Positions 11,180 to 22,369 of a DNA stretch of 64,000 bases are shown one piece after another. The DNA comes from Cyanophora paradoxa CCMP329 (lineage: Eukaryota > Plantae > Glaucophyta). The stretch spans positions 1 through 64,000 of the forward strand of contig QPMI01000578.1 in NCBI GenBank assembly GCA_004431415.1, given 5' to 3'. Below the pieces are notes generated by a model. The model was not told where the DNA came from, made no database searches, and saw only the letters and a list, made by a program, of their open reading frames with translations. How positions within the stretch are numbered: position 1 is the first letter of the stretch; every line of letters begins with the position of its first letter. A program made the translations under genes and the position numbers.

Positions 11180-11477
11180 GAGATCCTTACTGAATATGGT
11201 AAGTGTCACAGGTGTCACAGGTCTATCCCAAAGTTTCTCCTATAAAGAGTAAATTTTCAAAAGTTTGGGATGGACCTGTGACACCTGTGACACTCGATTA
11301 TTTAATTTGTTTATTCAATTAGAAATACATAGATAAGATTATTACTGAGTTTTCATTATAAAAGAGATCCTTACTGAATATGGTATGTGTCACAGGTGTC
11401 ACAGGTCTATCCCAAAGTTTCTCCTATAAAGAGTGAATTTCCAAAAGTTTGGGATGGACCTGTGACACCTGTGACAC
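11180..11477. repeat. Two direct copies (11180-11293, 11364-11477; period 184 bp) of a palindromic origin-like unit
   Basis: Each copy has GTGTCACAGGTGTCACAGGTCTATCCCAAA, an AT-rich spacer, then TTTGGGATGGACCTGTGACACCTGTGACAC: a 30-bp stem with one mismatch. Confidence 0.92.
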
Positions 11478-11730
11478 CCAATTATTCATTAAATTCTTAA
11501 GGGACCCCCTTAGACTCAATAAAACATGATAAAAACATATCAATTTCATGTATAATTACGATTGGATTCAATAAGAGATCTATTTGTTTAATTAAACAAA
11601 TGAATCTCATATAGATATTAATCGAGTTAAGCGATATGTTTCCGATTAAATGAATTAAATTTAATTAAATTTAATCGAGAAAGTACATGAATATAATATC
11701 GATTAAATCAATTAACTTTTAGACCAATCA

Positions 11731-12011
11731 CACATAGTAAAATGCGGAGTTTTAACCAGAGGCAAGATCTAATTGAGATTCAGTTATATTATTCGGAAAT
11801 ATATAGAGATTATCGATAGACTCAGTAAGACTAATCGGAAAATAAGAGAAATTTACGATAAAATATCGAAAAGAATACAAAATAATCGAAATAATTGAAT
11901 ATTCGATAAGATATACACAGATTATCGATTGATTGAAATAGAATATACGAGATATATCAACAAAATCAATTAAGATAAGCCGAGGGTTAAAACTCCGCAT
12001 TTTACTATGTG
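11731..12011. repeat. Terminal foldback: perfect 27-bp inverted repeat enclosing an A-rich imperfect palindrome
   Basis: CACATAGTAAAATGCGGAGTTTTAACC (11731-11757) and GGTTAAAACTCCGCATTTTACTATGTG (11985-12011). Inner arms keep register with matches GGC, TAATTGA, TCG, ATCGATA, GTA and ATCG. Confidence 0.92.
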
Positions 12012-13544
12012 TTACGGTGTGGCCCTACACCTTCATCTAACCCTGCGAGATTTAACAGGCCGTCCAGGCGGCCAGTCGGTCAAGAACGTGGATCAGCTCA
12101 AGTACCTGTTCCCCGACCAGGACAACGACCTGAACGGCGCCGAGAGCCCGATGCTCGAGTGGACTGACATGGATCTGAGCCTCTACGGCTTCAAGGACGC
12201 GATCATCTACTGGCCCAAGGTGTCCTACCACGGCGGGGCAGGCCAGAAAGCTGACAGTAAGCTTGAGGCCATCTCTTGATCGTGATTCTTTTCGGAAAAG
12301 GTCTAATGCGGCCCGCGCGCGCCTTGCAGAGTACAACATCACCCTCTTCCGTTACATTCGCGGCGCGAACGGCTACGCCCCCGACAAGTACCAGAACTTC
12401 TACGTACGTTCTGATTCGGTGTAGCTCCGTCGCTGCCTGCGATCAAGTTCTCACAAGTTCCGTTAGGTGGCCGGCACCGTCGACGGCGACGTGAACTTTG
12501 CGTACGCGACCAACATCCAGCCCTCGCACTGCGTACGTATACGCCCCATGCCTAGGCCTTTCCATACTATAGGCTATAGATATATATTGCTAGTGGCGCC
12601 CGAACCCTCGGCGATAAACTTATATGAGTCGTATTAGTACTAGTGATGCCCTATCCCTCCCTGACTTTCCTTGCCAGTACGGGATGGGGCTCAAGCTCTG
12701 CAACTCGGTCGGCTGCTGCTCCCCCAGCAGCAATCCGCTCGAGAGCAGCGTCCCCTTCACCACGGAAGACGGCAAAGTCCTGGCCCCCATCGGTGACTCC
12801 ACCTGGTTCCAGCCGTGTACGCCCGGCCCATCCTCCCGCGCTCCTTGCTCTCCCGCTTAAGCTTGGCACTGACGCCTCCACGTCGACCGCAGCCCAGAAC
12901 TACGCGAACAAGAACTCGCGGGAGCCGACCGACCGCGGGTACTGCGTGGCCATCAAGCCCATCGGCGTCGTCACCAAGTCGCTCGTCGGCGCCGTCGACT
13001 TCAGCGGTGTCCCGGCCGAGGCCGCCACCACTACCGGTACCGCCGGCTCGGCCGCCCGCTCCGCCTCGACCGCCTCGTCCTCGGGCACCTCCAACACACT
13101 CCTCGCCGTCGCCATCGGTTCGCGCCGGCCTCTCAGATATCGTTTAACACTGCATTAGTAATCCGTGCCCGTTTCTTACCGCCCCGTCTCCTCGCAGCCG
13201 TCCCCGTCGGCATTGCGGGCCTCGCCATCGGCGCCGTGCTCGCCGCGATGGTCATCACCCGCAACCAGGTCCGCGCCGCGACCATGGCCGCCGTTAGCGC
13301 CGGCAGCCGCGGCCAGACCCTGGTGCGCGATTTCGATCCGTGCACGTGTTAACGTTTCTCCTCGTTCTTTTCTGAACGCCCCCCGCAGAACATCCAACCG
13401 GCCTCGAACGCCTCGTTCGACCCGCACCCGCGCCCGGCCTCAAATGTCATGCTCATGGGCTCCGAGGAGTCGGCCCACACGCATGGGCACGAGTCCGCCA
13501 ACATGCGGCACCGCGAGGCGGCCGCCCCCGAGTTCGACGTGTAA
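12012..13544 (+). pseudogene. 3' half of a host FN3-family type I membrane protein gene interrupted by the viral element
   Basis: Exon-by-exon paralogue of ~25051-26403 (GGQSVKxVDQLK, YGFKDAxxYWPK, YNITLFRYIRGANGYAPDKYQ, TM AVPVGIAGLAIGAVLAAMVIT, end PEFDV*). Begins 5 nt before a GT donor. Confidence 0.88.
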
Positions 13545-14049
13545 ACCGCGCGCGCCCGCAATTCTTGAAGCAAGTAGCCTTTGACAGTTGACCTATAGCT
13601 ATTAGAACGATCGCGTAGCGATCAAATTTTAGGCCGCGCGCGTAGTTCTGCGTTAGTTTTCTAGATCGCGATCGGCACGCCCAGCTGCCGGCAGGCAGCT
13701 CACGTCCTGTCACGGTCCTGATCAGGCCGCTCATGATCGATATCAGCACTGCACTCTCTGTCAACAATCGATCTAATCATAACAATCATGTGTCTGCAGT
13801 TTATAATCAGAAGCTCTACATGTAGCAGAGTATATGTCCATTGCTCGCAGCCCTAGTTGCAATCTCTTAATTATAAAACGGGGCCCTACCCCGCCTACGG
13901 TACCGGTACTAGTGCTCGGATTGAATACAACATGAACAGTGGGACGTCGACTTGCCTGGGCATCTCCCAGGCCTAGGTCTATCATAGTATCGTTGCTGGC
14001 ATGGTAGGGCCGGGACCTACTCTAATAAATGCTTACTAACTATAGCCGG

Positions 14050-14299
14050 CCGGGTCCGGGGATTCCGTGGGGGGGAGGGGGTCGGGTGGGGTGGATTATA
14101 ATTAAAGGGGCGGGGGGGTCCGGTGGGGAGGGGGGGGGGGGGGGGGGGCGGGGCGGGAGGGGGCGAGGGGGGCCGGGGTTGGCTTAAGCTTGGACAGGTC
14201 CAGGCGCCGGCCTAGGGTGAGGGGGGTCATGGGCACGGCCTGGAGGGGGGTCGTGTGGGGGCATGCGCATGCACGGACAGCGGGCGTGGAGGGGGGGGG

Positions 14300-14330
<31 letters not shown>

Positions 14331-14520
14331 GGGGCGGGTTTGCATGGGGGTGGCCATGGGGCCGGGGAGACTGGGGAGACTTAGGGGGGGGGGGGGGGGG
14401 GGGGGGGCATCACGCAGGGTGGGGAGGGGTGGGGAGGGAAAGAGAGGGAAGGTGCGCGGGCGGGCCAAGTCTTAGGGTCAAAGAAAAAAAAGGGGTGGGG
14501 CCCCAGGGACCCCGGCCCGC
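14050..14520. repeat. G-rich low-complexity tract (poly-G runs, GA microsatellite)
   Basis: Multiple G runs longer than 10 nt and (GA)n at ~14300-14320. Confidence 0.8.
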
Positions 14521-14825
14521 CGGGCCCGGGGTCCCTGGGGCCTCGTAGGCCTGGGCCGACCGGAGGGGGAGTCGAGACGGGCTTTCAAGTTTGGGCGGGT
14601 CATTGTACTGCAGAAATATATCGATATATATCAAGCATCTGGGGGTTCGAATGACAAGAGCTCATGGAGAATGAACCCAGGCCAGGTGGACAATCTGGGG
14701 GTCCATGTGTAGCACAGCAGGGCCGGCCAGCGGCGCCGGCTCTCCGGGATCCAGAGCCTGAAATGACGTTCTCAACATCATCTGAAGGTTTTTATCTGAG
14801 TTACTAGGTCTTCGACTTGCGGATA

Positions 14826-14946
14826 AATGAATTCGCACACACCGAGACAAGTGGCTAGAGATATAACTGAGGTGTCCATCTGTGTCAAGTCGAGAGATGA
14901 GCCTACGGGACTAAGCCTTTCGGACATCGGACCGGGTGGAGCTCGG
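14826..14946. repeat. Dispersed repeat, copy 1 (probable transposable element fragment)
   Basis: AATGAATTCGCACACACCGAGACAA...GGAGCTCGG is near-identical to 58568-58688. Confidence 0.85.
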
Positions 14947-15654
14947 ATGTGGAAATAACTGGAGAAGCTACCCCGGGGATTAATTCTAGAGCTGCAGTAC
15001 AAGAAAGATCCTACGCGGGGAGGGGAGTGACTACCCAAGGACGAGGATAGAGATCAGGGGTGGACAGCGAAGTGAGCTGCAGCTGTAGCTATGCCTAGTA
15101 AGCTAGGGCCTCCGGGAAGGCGCACTATAATCTAAACCACTCTGTACACGCTAGAGTACGGCCCGCCGTGTCGCCGGCACGGCGGGCACGGGCTCAGCGG
15201 CTGGGGGCTCGCTCGTCCAGGAGCGGGCCTGATGGAGCCGCCGGGCTCAGAGTATCGGGAAAGGTGTGGTCGGGGAAGAGGGGGACGGGGGGTACGGAGT
15301 GGAAGGGCGTGGGGCGGTGGGGAGTGGCGGGAAGGGACCGGGTCGGGAGGCCGCGGTCGGGAGGAGGGAGGTTCCAGTGGCGCGTTCCGCCGGGCTTCCA
15401 GCCGCCCGCCGGCCGCCTCCCCCCCGCCGCGGGCAATGACGAGCCCCCCTCCGCGGCGGTCTGACCGCCCCGGCCTGGCTCGTGGCCGGGGCGGGTGCAG
15501 GTGGGTTCAGCGGCCGACAGACGACCTTCCGTCCGGCAGCCCGCACCACCGTCCCCTCCCTGGTGTAGCGGGGGATCAGCACAATGGGCAGAGGCGGAAG
15601 GGGTGAAGGGTGGGGTCGTGATTAGACCCCTCCTTGCACATCCTGAGACGAGCA

Positions 15655-17070
15655 GCGCGGCGCGCCTCCGGGATCCGCCCCGCCCGGCGAGCCGCGCCGC
15701 CGCCCGCGGCGCCTCCGCCCGCCCGGCGAGCCGCGCCGCCGCCCCCGCGCCTCCGCCCCGCCCTGCGAGCCGCGCCTCCGCCCCGCCCGGCGAGCCGCGC
15801 CACCGCCCGCCGCGCCTCCGCCCCGTCCCGCGAGCCGCGCCTCCGCCCGCCGCACGCCTCCGCCCCGCCCGGCGAGCCGCGCCGCCGCCCGCCGCGCCTC
15901 CGCCCCGCCCGGCGAGCCGCGCCGCCGCCCGCCGCGCCTCCGCCCCGCCCCGCGAGCCGCGCCGCCGCCCGCCGCGCCTCCGCCCCGCCCGGCGAGCCGC
16001 GCCGCCGCCCGCCGCGCCTCCGCCCCGCCCGGCGAGCCGCGCCGCCGCCCGCCGCGCCTCCGCCCCGCCCGGCGAGCCGCGCCGCCGCCTGCCGCGCCTC
16101 CGCCCCGCCCGGCGAGCCGCGCCGCCGCCCGCGGCGCCTCCGCCCCGCCCGGCGAGCCGCGCCGCCGCCCGCGGCGCCTCCGCCCCGCCCGGCAAGCCGC
16201 GCCGCCGCCCGCCGCGCCTCCGCCCCGCCCGGCGAGCCGCGCCTCCGCCCCGCCCGGCGAACCGCGCCGCCGCCCGCCGCGCCTCCGCCCCGTCCCGCGA
16301 GCCGCGCCGCCGCCCGCCGCGCGCCTCCGCCCCGCCCGGCGAACCGCGCCGCCGCCCGCCGCGCCTCCGCCCCGTCCCGCGAGCCGCGCCTCCGCCCGCC
16401 GCGCCTCCGCCCCGCCCGGCGAACCGCGCCGCCGCCCGCCGCGCGCCTCCGCCCCGCCCGGCGAGCCGCGCCGCCGCCCGCCGCGCGCCTCCGCCCCGCC
16501 CGGCGAGCCGCGCCGCCGCCCGCCGCGCGCCTCCGCCCCGCCCGGCGAGCCGCGCCGCCGCCTGCCGCGCCTCCGCCCCGCCCGGCGAGCCGCGCCTCCG
16601 CCCCGCCCGGCGAGCCGCGCCACCGCCCGCCGCGCCTCCGCCCCGTCCCGCGAGTCCCGCCGCCGCCCGCCGCGCGCCTCCGCCCTGCCCGGCGAGCCGC
16701 GCCGCCGCCTGCCGCGCCTCCGCCCCGCCCGGCGAGCCGCGCCGCCGCCCGCGGCACCTCCGCCCCGCCCGGCGAGCCGCGCCGCCGCCCGCCGCGCCTC
16801 CGCCCCGCCCGGCGAGCCGCGCCTCCGCCCCGCCCGGCGAGCCGCGCCACCGCCCGCCGCACCCTCGCCCCGCCCGGCGAGCTGCGCGCCGCCCGCCGCG
16901 CCTCCGCCCCGCCCGGCGAGCCGCGCCTCCGCCCCGCCCGGCGAGCCGCGCCACCGCCCGCCGCACCCTCGCCCCGCCCGGCGAGCTGCGCGCCGCCCGC
17001 CGCACCCTCGCCCCGCCCGGCGAGCTGCGCGCCGCTCGCCGCACCCTCGCCCCGCCCGGCGAGCCGCGCC
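15655..17070. repeat. GC-rich minisatellite, 40-bp core unit
   Basis: CGCCCCGCCCGGCGAGCCGCGCCGCCGCCCGCCGCGCCTC tandemly repeated with shortened and +2 variants. Confidence 0.93.
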
Positions 17071-18185
17071 ACAGCCTATCGCGCCCGCCCTGCCCAGCGA
17101 GTCATGTGGCCGCACGCCGCGCCGACAAGCCAAGCCGCCCTCCAAGCCAAGCCAAGCCAAGCTGCCCGCTGCGCGCCCCCGTCAAACGAGCCGCGCGCAA
17201 CCACCCCCTATGTTTTCCCGTTTGACCAACCAAACAACCGAGTCGCACCGATGCTCGCCGCGCTCCGCCCGGCCCGCCGAGGTGCGCAGACGTCGACGCG
17301 CCCCGCCGTTGCCGCAGAGCCGCGCGGCCGCGCGCGCCGCCGCGGCGCCCCAGTCCGCGCCGTTTGCCCGGCCCGTTTTGTTGTTGCATTTCAAAAGTTT
17401 GCCCCTCGCCATGGCCACCCTGTGCGCCGTACGTATACGTGGCGCACTGCGCGCGGCAGCGTGGCCCATGCTACCGGCCCGGGTAGCCGCGGCCGCGGCC
17501 GGCACCCGCCGCGGCGCCGCTCCGATCCACGGGCCGCGATAGCAAGGCCTAGTAGCTATAGGACTCCGAAGGCAAGGATCCTCACGCGGGATACAGCAAA
17601 AAGAGACGACGGCGGGGTATAATATAACGATGCCAGCCAACGGAAACAGACCGATTTGCAATTGCGAACTGGCCACTGTGGCCAGTGGCCACTGGCCAGT
17701 GGCCAGCTCGAGTGCAAATTGCCGGCTCGATCGAGCCGGGCTCGAGCCGGCACCCCTGGAGTCGCGACTCGCGAGCCGGCTCGAGCCGGCTCGCGAGCAG
17801 GCTCGATGTAATATTTGATACTGGAGAACGAGTCACTGAGTTATAATTTAGTATACGTACAGGAAAATAAGTATAGTACTTCACCAAATTAAAATGCCAC
17901 TAGCTACCTTTAATTAGCAGCTGGTAATTATAAGTCTTGCAATTGACATGTACATATGTACATGTACGTATACAGGGCTTTTGTTATGGCGGAAAGTCTA
18001 CTACCCGGACTAATATTAATAGGCTTTAGCAGGCGGGAAATATTTAGTAGATCGCCCAAGTATACGAACGTTCAATTGCAACGGTTAGATCGCCCAAGTA
18101 TACTAGTACGTACAAGCAGGGGGGGCTCCGCCCCCCCCGCACCCCCCCCGCTTGCTAGCTGGGTACAACCGTACAGGCGGTACAG

Positions 18186-18437
18186 CACAGCTCGTTTTTT
18201 TCCCCAATCGACTCGACATGCCCGTTGTATGGGCAAGGGCAGCGCTAGCCGGTGATCACGATAACTTTTCACCCGCTTTGAGCCGGCTAGTGCGCCAACG
18301 TCAGCGTGCACGTAGCCGGCAAGCTACCGGGTAGATTAGTGCTAGCCCGGTCCCAGCTAGCCGAAGAGCGATTTCATTTTAACCGGTTTTCAGCCTGTTG
18401 GGTGAACTTGGGTCGACCGGTAAAAAAACGAGCTGTG
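18186..18437. mobile_element. MITE with CACAG termini and 2-bp TSD (CACTA/CMC-like)
   Basis: TIR CACAGCTCGTTTTTTT / AAAAAAACGAGCTGTG; AG on both flanks. Confidence 0.72.
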
Positions 18438-18460
18438 AGCTATATATATATAAGTCCATG

Positions 18461-18633
18461 GATTTAAATTGACCAATCACGAAATCGCTCGAGTTTCCGA
18501 CTGGGGCTTTTTGACTCGACTCGCCGTAGTAAGCAGTTTTAACGTACCCGGCCTTATTGATTCAAATTGTCCAATCACCAAATCGCCCGAGTTCCAGACT
18601 GAAGCTTTTTGACTCGACTCGCTGTAGTAAACG
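18461..18633. repeat. Diverged direct repeat, 2 copies, period ~98 bp
   Basis: GATT(T/C)AAATTG(A/T)CCAATCAC..AAATCGC.CGAGTT..GACTG..GCTTTTTGACTCGACTCGC.GTAGTAA occurs twice. Confidence 0.7.
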
Positions 18634-19000
18634 ATTGGTGTTTTCCGCCAGCGAAAGGGTCCCCTGGGTACACGAAACCACAGTACTATGCGGGCTGGAA
18701 CCGCTTGTTTTTTTACTACTCAACAAATGAATTGTACAAATACACCATTGGGCAAGGTTTCCAGTGGCATTTTTTTGCTTCTCCAAGCTCAGACCAGCCG
18801 TAGTTCGCAGGTCCCAAATGTCAAATTTGGCAGCAAAAGGTAAGCGGCGTTTGCCGAGTTGCAATTTCCCAGCCTGGCCTGGTACTGTGGTGAAAAGGTA
18901 CTACAGTTCATTGTACTACTGTTACGTACGCCGGATTAGGCAAGGAATCACCCCTGCCGTAACATCCGGGCCAGCACATATGAGGCGTCCTCGCCGAATC

Positions 19001-19448
19001 CACAGCGGAACGGCGTTGTATGGCGCCCTATACGCTGAAGGAAAAAAGTCTTCTATGTAAATCGTTAACTTAAATCGTGTGTTCGCGTTACTGCAAAACT
19101 GGGCGAACTCGACTTGAACTTTGACGTACCCCCCTTTTGGACTTGGTCGCGGCGCCGCGCGGCGCAACGAGCTCGCTGAGCATGCATCAACCAGTGCCAC
19201 CATGCATAGAAGTTGAAGATCAATCATTGAACGCATCATAGACGCGTTGGCCGGCGGCTCCGATCCTACGTTTGGACGTTCTGTCTAACAGAAGTTCGAA
19301 CTACTTTTTTTCCAACGGCTTCCGACTTCTTCCCCCCCGTTAATTTTCCAAGTTGAATATGTTTCAAATATATATTAAGCTCTAATAGACTTGACTTGAA
19401 AAATTAAACTTGAGCGTATAGGGCGCCATACAACGCCGTTCCGCTGTG
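19001..19448. mobile_element. MITE with 36-bp perfect TIRs, CACAG termini, 3-bp TSD (CACTA/CMC-like)
   Basis: CACAGCGGAACGGCGTTGTATGGCGCCCTATACGCT (19001-19036) and its exact reverse complement (19413-19448); ATC on both flanks. Confidence 0.88.
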
Positions 19449-21093
19449 ATCGTGCTTCGGACGAAGTCCGGAATTCTCCCACGCGGGTTCGAAGCCATGT
19501 CCGTTCGCACTACCCGGGCCCTGCCGGGAGTCGAACCATGGCCCACGTGCGTTCAACGGTTTAACGGAATCCGGATTCGGAATCCGGATCCCCGGCGATT
19601 CGAATTCCCCGCGCGCTCTGCATGAGACTCGAGCTCCTCTGACAGCATCTGACTCAGGCTCTGAGTCTCTGACTCAGTGAGAATCGAACCCCGGATCCCG
19701 GATGAATTCGAATTCGAACCCCATATAAGGCTGGCCGGCTGGCCAGCCTGGCCGACCAAGCCCCGGAGTCCTAGCGCTAGCATGCGCAAGACTTGAAGAG
19801 GCTGGCCGCCAGCTGGCCGGCCAAGTTTTGGCTGGAGGCTGGCGGCCAGCCCCGGGCCATGGCCAGCAGCGGCCGAACTTTGGCGGCTTGGGCTAGCGCG
19901 ACCCCCCCGGGCCCCGGCCAGTGCCCCCGGTGCCCCGCCGGCCGAGCTCGTACAAAAAGACGGTATATATATGATCATGCCATATGCATGATGATCACTG
20001 TAGTATGATCATGATCATGATGGCCCGCAGCGCGAGCGCGAACCGCTAACGCGAACCGCCAACTTGCGGCCAACCACGTCACAGACTCATGACTCAGTGA
20101 TCACCGTGCGCGCATGCCCGGCCCTCACGGAGTCACCGTGGCACGGGACTCTAGATCTGTGACGGGACTCGGGAGTCACGTGGCCCCTCAGTGGCCTCAC
20201 CGTGACATACTATACTGTAGGAACGCTTAAATTGCCGTGGTGAAAATACAGCCGGTAGATTGCCGTAGGAACGCTTAAATGCGGCACCAAATTAATGCGT
20301 TTTGAAGTCTTTTGGCTGCATGTGGGGGGTACAAACTGCAGTTTATTAGCGTTTCAATATTAATGCGCCCCCAAATTAATGCGTTTTGACGGCAGAAAAC
20401 GTGTGAAGCGAATTCGGCAATTTAAGTCCTCGGCAATTTATAATTTAAAGACCATTCGCGATCGACAGCGCCGCGGCGATCGCGATTCGACGCGTCCCCG
20501 GATTTCGCTGAAAAATCGCGTCCCTTCGATCGATCGAAGGATAAATTTTCAAAGTTTAAAGAGGCGAGCTCGCGAAGTCGATCAATCGAATTCTCATAAT
20601 CATCATATATACACAAATTAATATTTCATATATATAATCATCCGGCCGTGTGAATTCGAACAGTTTAGCTATATATAGTTAACGTGCATGGAAATTAATC
20701 TTTGGTTTCCTTAATTTGGAAATTGGAATTTCAGCTCGAGAGTCGAGACTTTGCGAGTCCGACCGTCCGCAGCCGGGGCAAGCATATCATACAGAGGGTT
20801 TATATGGGGGACCATATGCATTGGGGGTCTAATAATATTAATTGGGCGGATCCGGAATCACGCCGCGGCGCGCCGCCGTCGACGCGCCGCCGTCGATCGA
20901 CGTCGACGCGCCGCCGGGCGCCGTCCGACGGTCGCCGGCGCCCGCCGTCGATTCGCGAGTCGGCGCCGACCGTGGGACCGTCGCCGAGTCGACCCGACGG
21001 TCCGACGGTCGAACCGTCCCGTGCCGACTCCCGGAGTCCCGGTCCTCCCGGACTCGAGCTCCCGGCCGGCCCGGCGGAGTCCCGGGTCCCGAC

Positions 21094-21599
21094 CAGTGTT
21101 GCTGAAATTTTATTATCCCAAAACGCCCTGTAAATTTTCAGTAAACTTTCGAAAACTTTCAGCAAATATTTTCACCCATACAAAGTTTACTTGCACAGCG
21201 AAAGTGACACGTTTCTCTGCAGAGAAGCCTCTAGACACGAGCGATATGTGTTAGGATGTCATCGACAACCTTTGTATTACAAGTGCACGATGTGCAGATG
21301 TATCTTTGCCGTTCTTTTCACGTTGAGGAGGGGGGTACGGTTCCTGAGAGATGCATACTCTGGTCTCTTGACACCAGCAGAGACCGCCAGAATGTGTCCA
21401 GGCCTCCATAGTCTCGTATTTCGACGGATTTGACCCTCGTTTATGGCGTGAAACGCCCCCAGAATGGCATCTTCAAGGGTACCCCCCTTGCAAATTTATT
21501 GAAAGTTTTCATTGCTCATTTTGGAGGTGAAAATTTACTGAAAATTTACATGAAAATTTTCAAGTTGAAAGTTTGGAAAGTGAAAGTTTAGCATCACTG
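21094..21599. mobile_element. Non-autonomous hAT-like element
   Basis: TIR CAGTGTTGCTGAA / TTTAGCATCACTG, subterminal TGAAAATTT repeats, exact 8-bp TSD GTCCCGAC. Confidence 0.88.
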
Positions 21600-21628
21600 G
21601 TCCCGACTCCCGACTCCCGACTCCCGAG

Positions 21629-22164
21629 TAGGGCTGGGTCCAGTGAAACCAGTGGAGGGTCGAGGGTCCCACTGCACTGACTCAGTGGAGATTTTGGCTC
21701 ACTCGCACAAAGAAAATTGTATGGGACCAGTGAGCCGGACCTCAGCCAGCGCTGCCGCAGTGCGTGGGGCCGGGCCGGGGGGTATCCGGCGCCAAAAATT
21801 AGGACCCATCCGCCACCTAGCAATTTAGGTGGAACATCGTGGGGGTACTTAACGTCGGAGTGCCGCAGGCCGCGGCGCGAAGGGTGTACATGTGCACGTG
21901 CAGCGTCGAGAAGCACTGCATGCGCATTTCTGACAATGCCTGCGTTGCAAATGACCTCTAAACATATCGAAAGCGCTAGCCCGTGGAAACAGTTCAGGCA
22001 CGTAGTGCCTTGAAGCTCAGCGAGATTTAGGTCCGACGGTCGTTTTTGGTCGTTTTTCGTGTAAAAGAACACGTACCCCCCACTCACTGGTAGTCACTGA
22101 GTGAGTTTGACGCAAAAAGCCCACTGACTGAGTGGACCCGTGGGCTCCACTGAACCCAGCCCTA
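21629..22164. mobile_element. Non-autonomous hAT-like element (second family)
   Basis: TIR TAGGGCTGGGTCCAGTG / CACTGAACCCAGCCCTA; exact 8-bp TSD CTCCCGAG. Confidence 0.88.
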
Positions 22165-22369
22165 CTCCCGAGTCCCGACTCCCGAGTCCGACCGTCCGAC
22201 CGTCGGACGGTCGGACCGTCGGACGGTCCTGCGGACCTTAAAGCCCACGCCGTGTGACGGTCTGCCCACTGCCCAGTGCCCAGTGCCCAGTGCCCACCCC
22301 TACTAGTACTTGGAGTCCCCGGACTCGCGATCGGCGGCCTCGCGATCGGAGGCTCGGACGGTCGGACTA

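Larger units (their letters stand above)
1..12011. mobile_element. Right end of an endogenous DNA-virus-like element (lineage unassigned; continues beyond left edge)
   Basis: Visibly AT-rich (roughly 35-40% GC by eye versus roughly 65-75% in host genes), intron-less, tightly packed ORFs with virus-type content (fibre, patatin, DUF723-like, AdoMetDC). Abrupt switch to a host exon/intron at 12012; structured terminus. Confidence 0.88.

Noticed and set aside
11036-11245. 69-aa ORF with CHRCHR
   Set aside because: The Cys/His motif is simply the translation of the TGTCACAGG iterons; coding status is unsupported despite the upstream GTAAAAG.
11180-11477. CRISPR-like repeat array
   Set aside because: Only two long units with near-identical interiors, no unique spacers and no cas genes.
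1-12011. Assignment as canonical Polinton, virophage or bacterial prophage contaminant
   Set aside because: No hallmark genes in the window, the terminus lacks Polinton AG...CT ends, no evident Shine-Dalgarno pattern, and the junction with a host exon is precise; left unclassified.
12594-12636. tRNA-Lys PBS-like TGGCGCCCGAAC and partial T7-promoter-like TGAGTCGTATTA in an enlarged intron
   Set aside because: Each is only a 12-nt match with no LTR or vector context; probably chance within a small insertion.
15194-17622. Five overlapping 500-660 aa Arg/Ala/Pro/Gly ORFs
   Set aside because: Products of a stop-free 40-bp GC minisatellite open in nearly all frames; the unit length is not a multiple of 3.
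19480-19550. tRNA/SINE-like GGTTCGA boxes (also ~51930-51955)
   Set aside because: No cloverleaf or A-box could be built.
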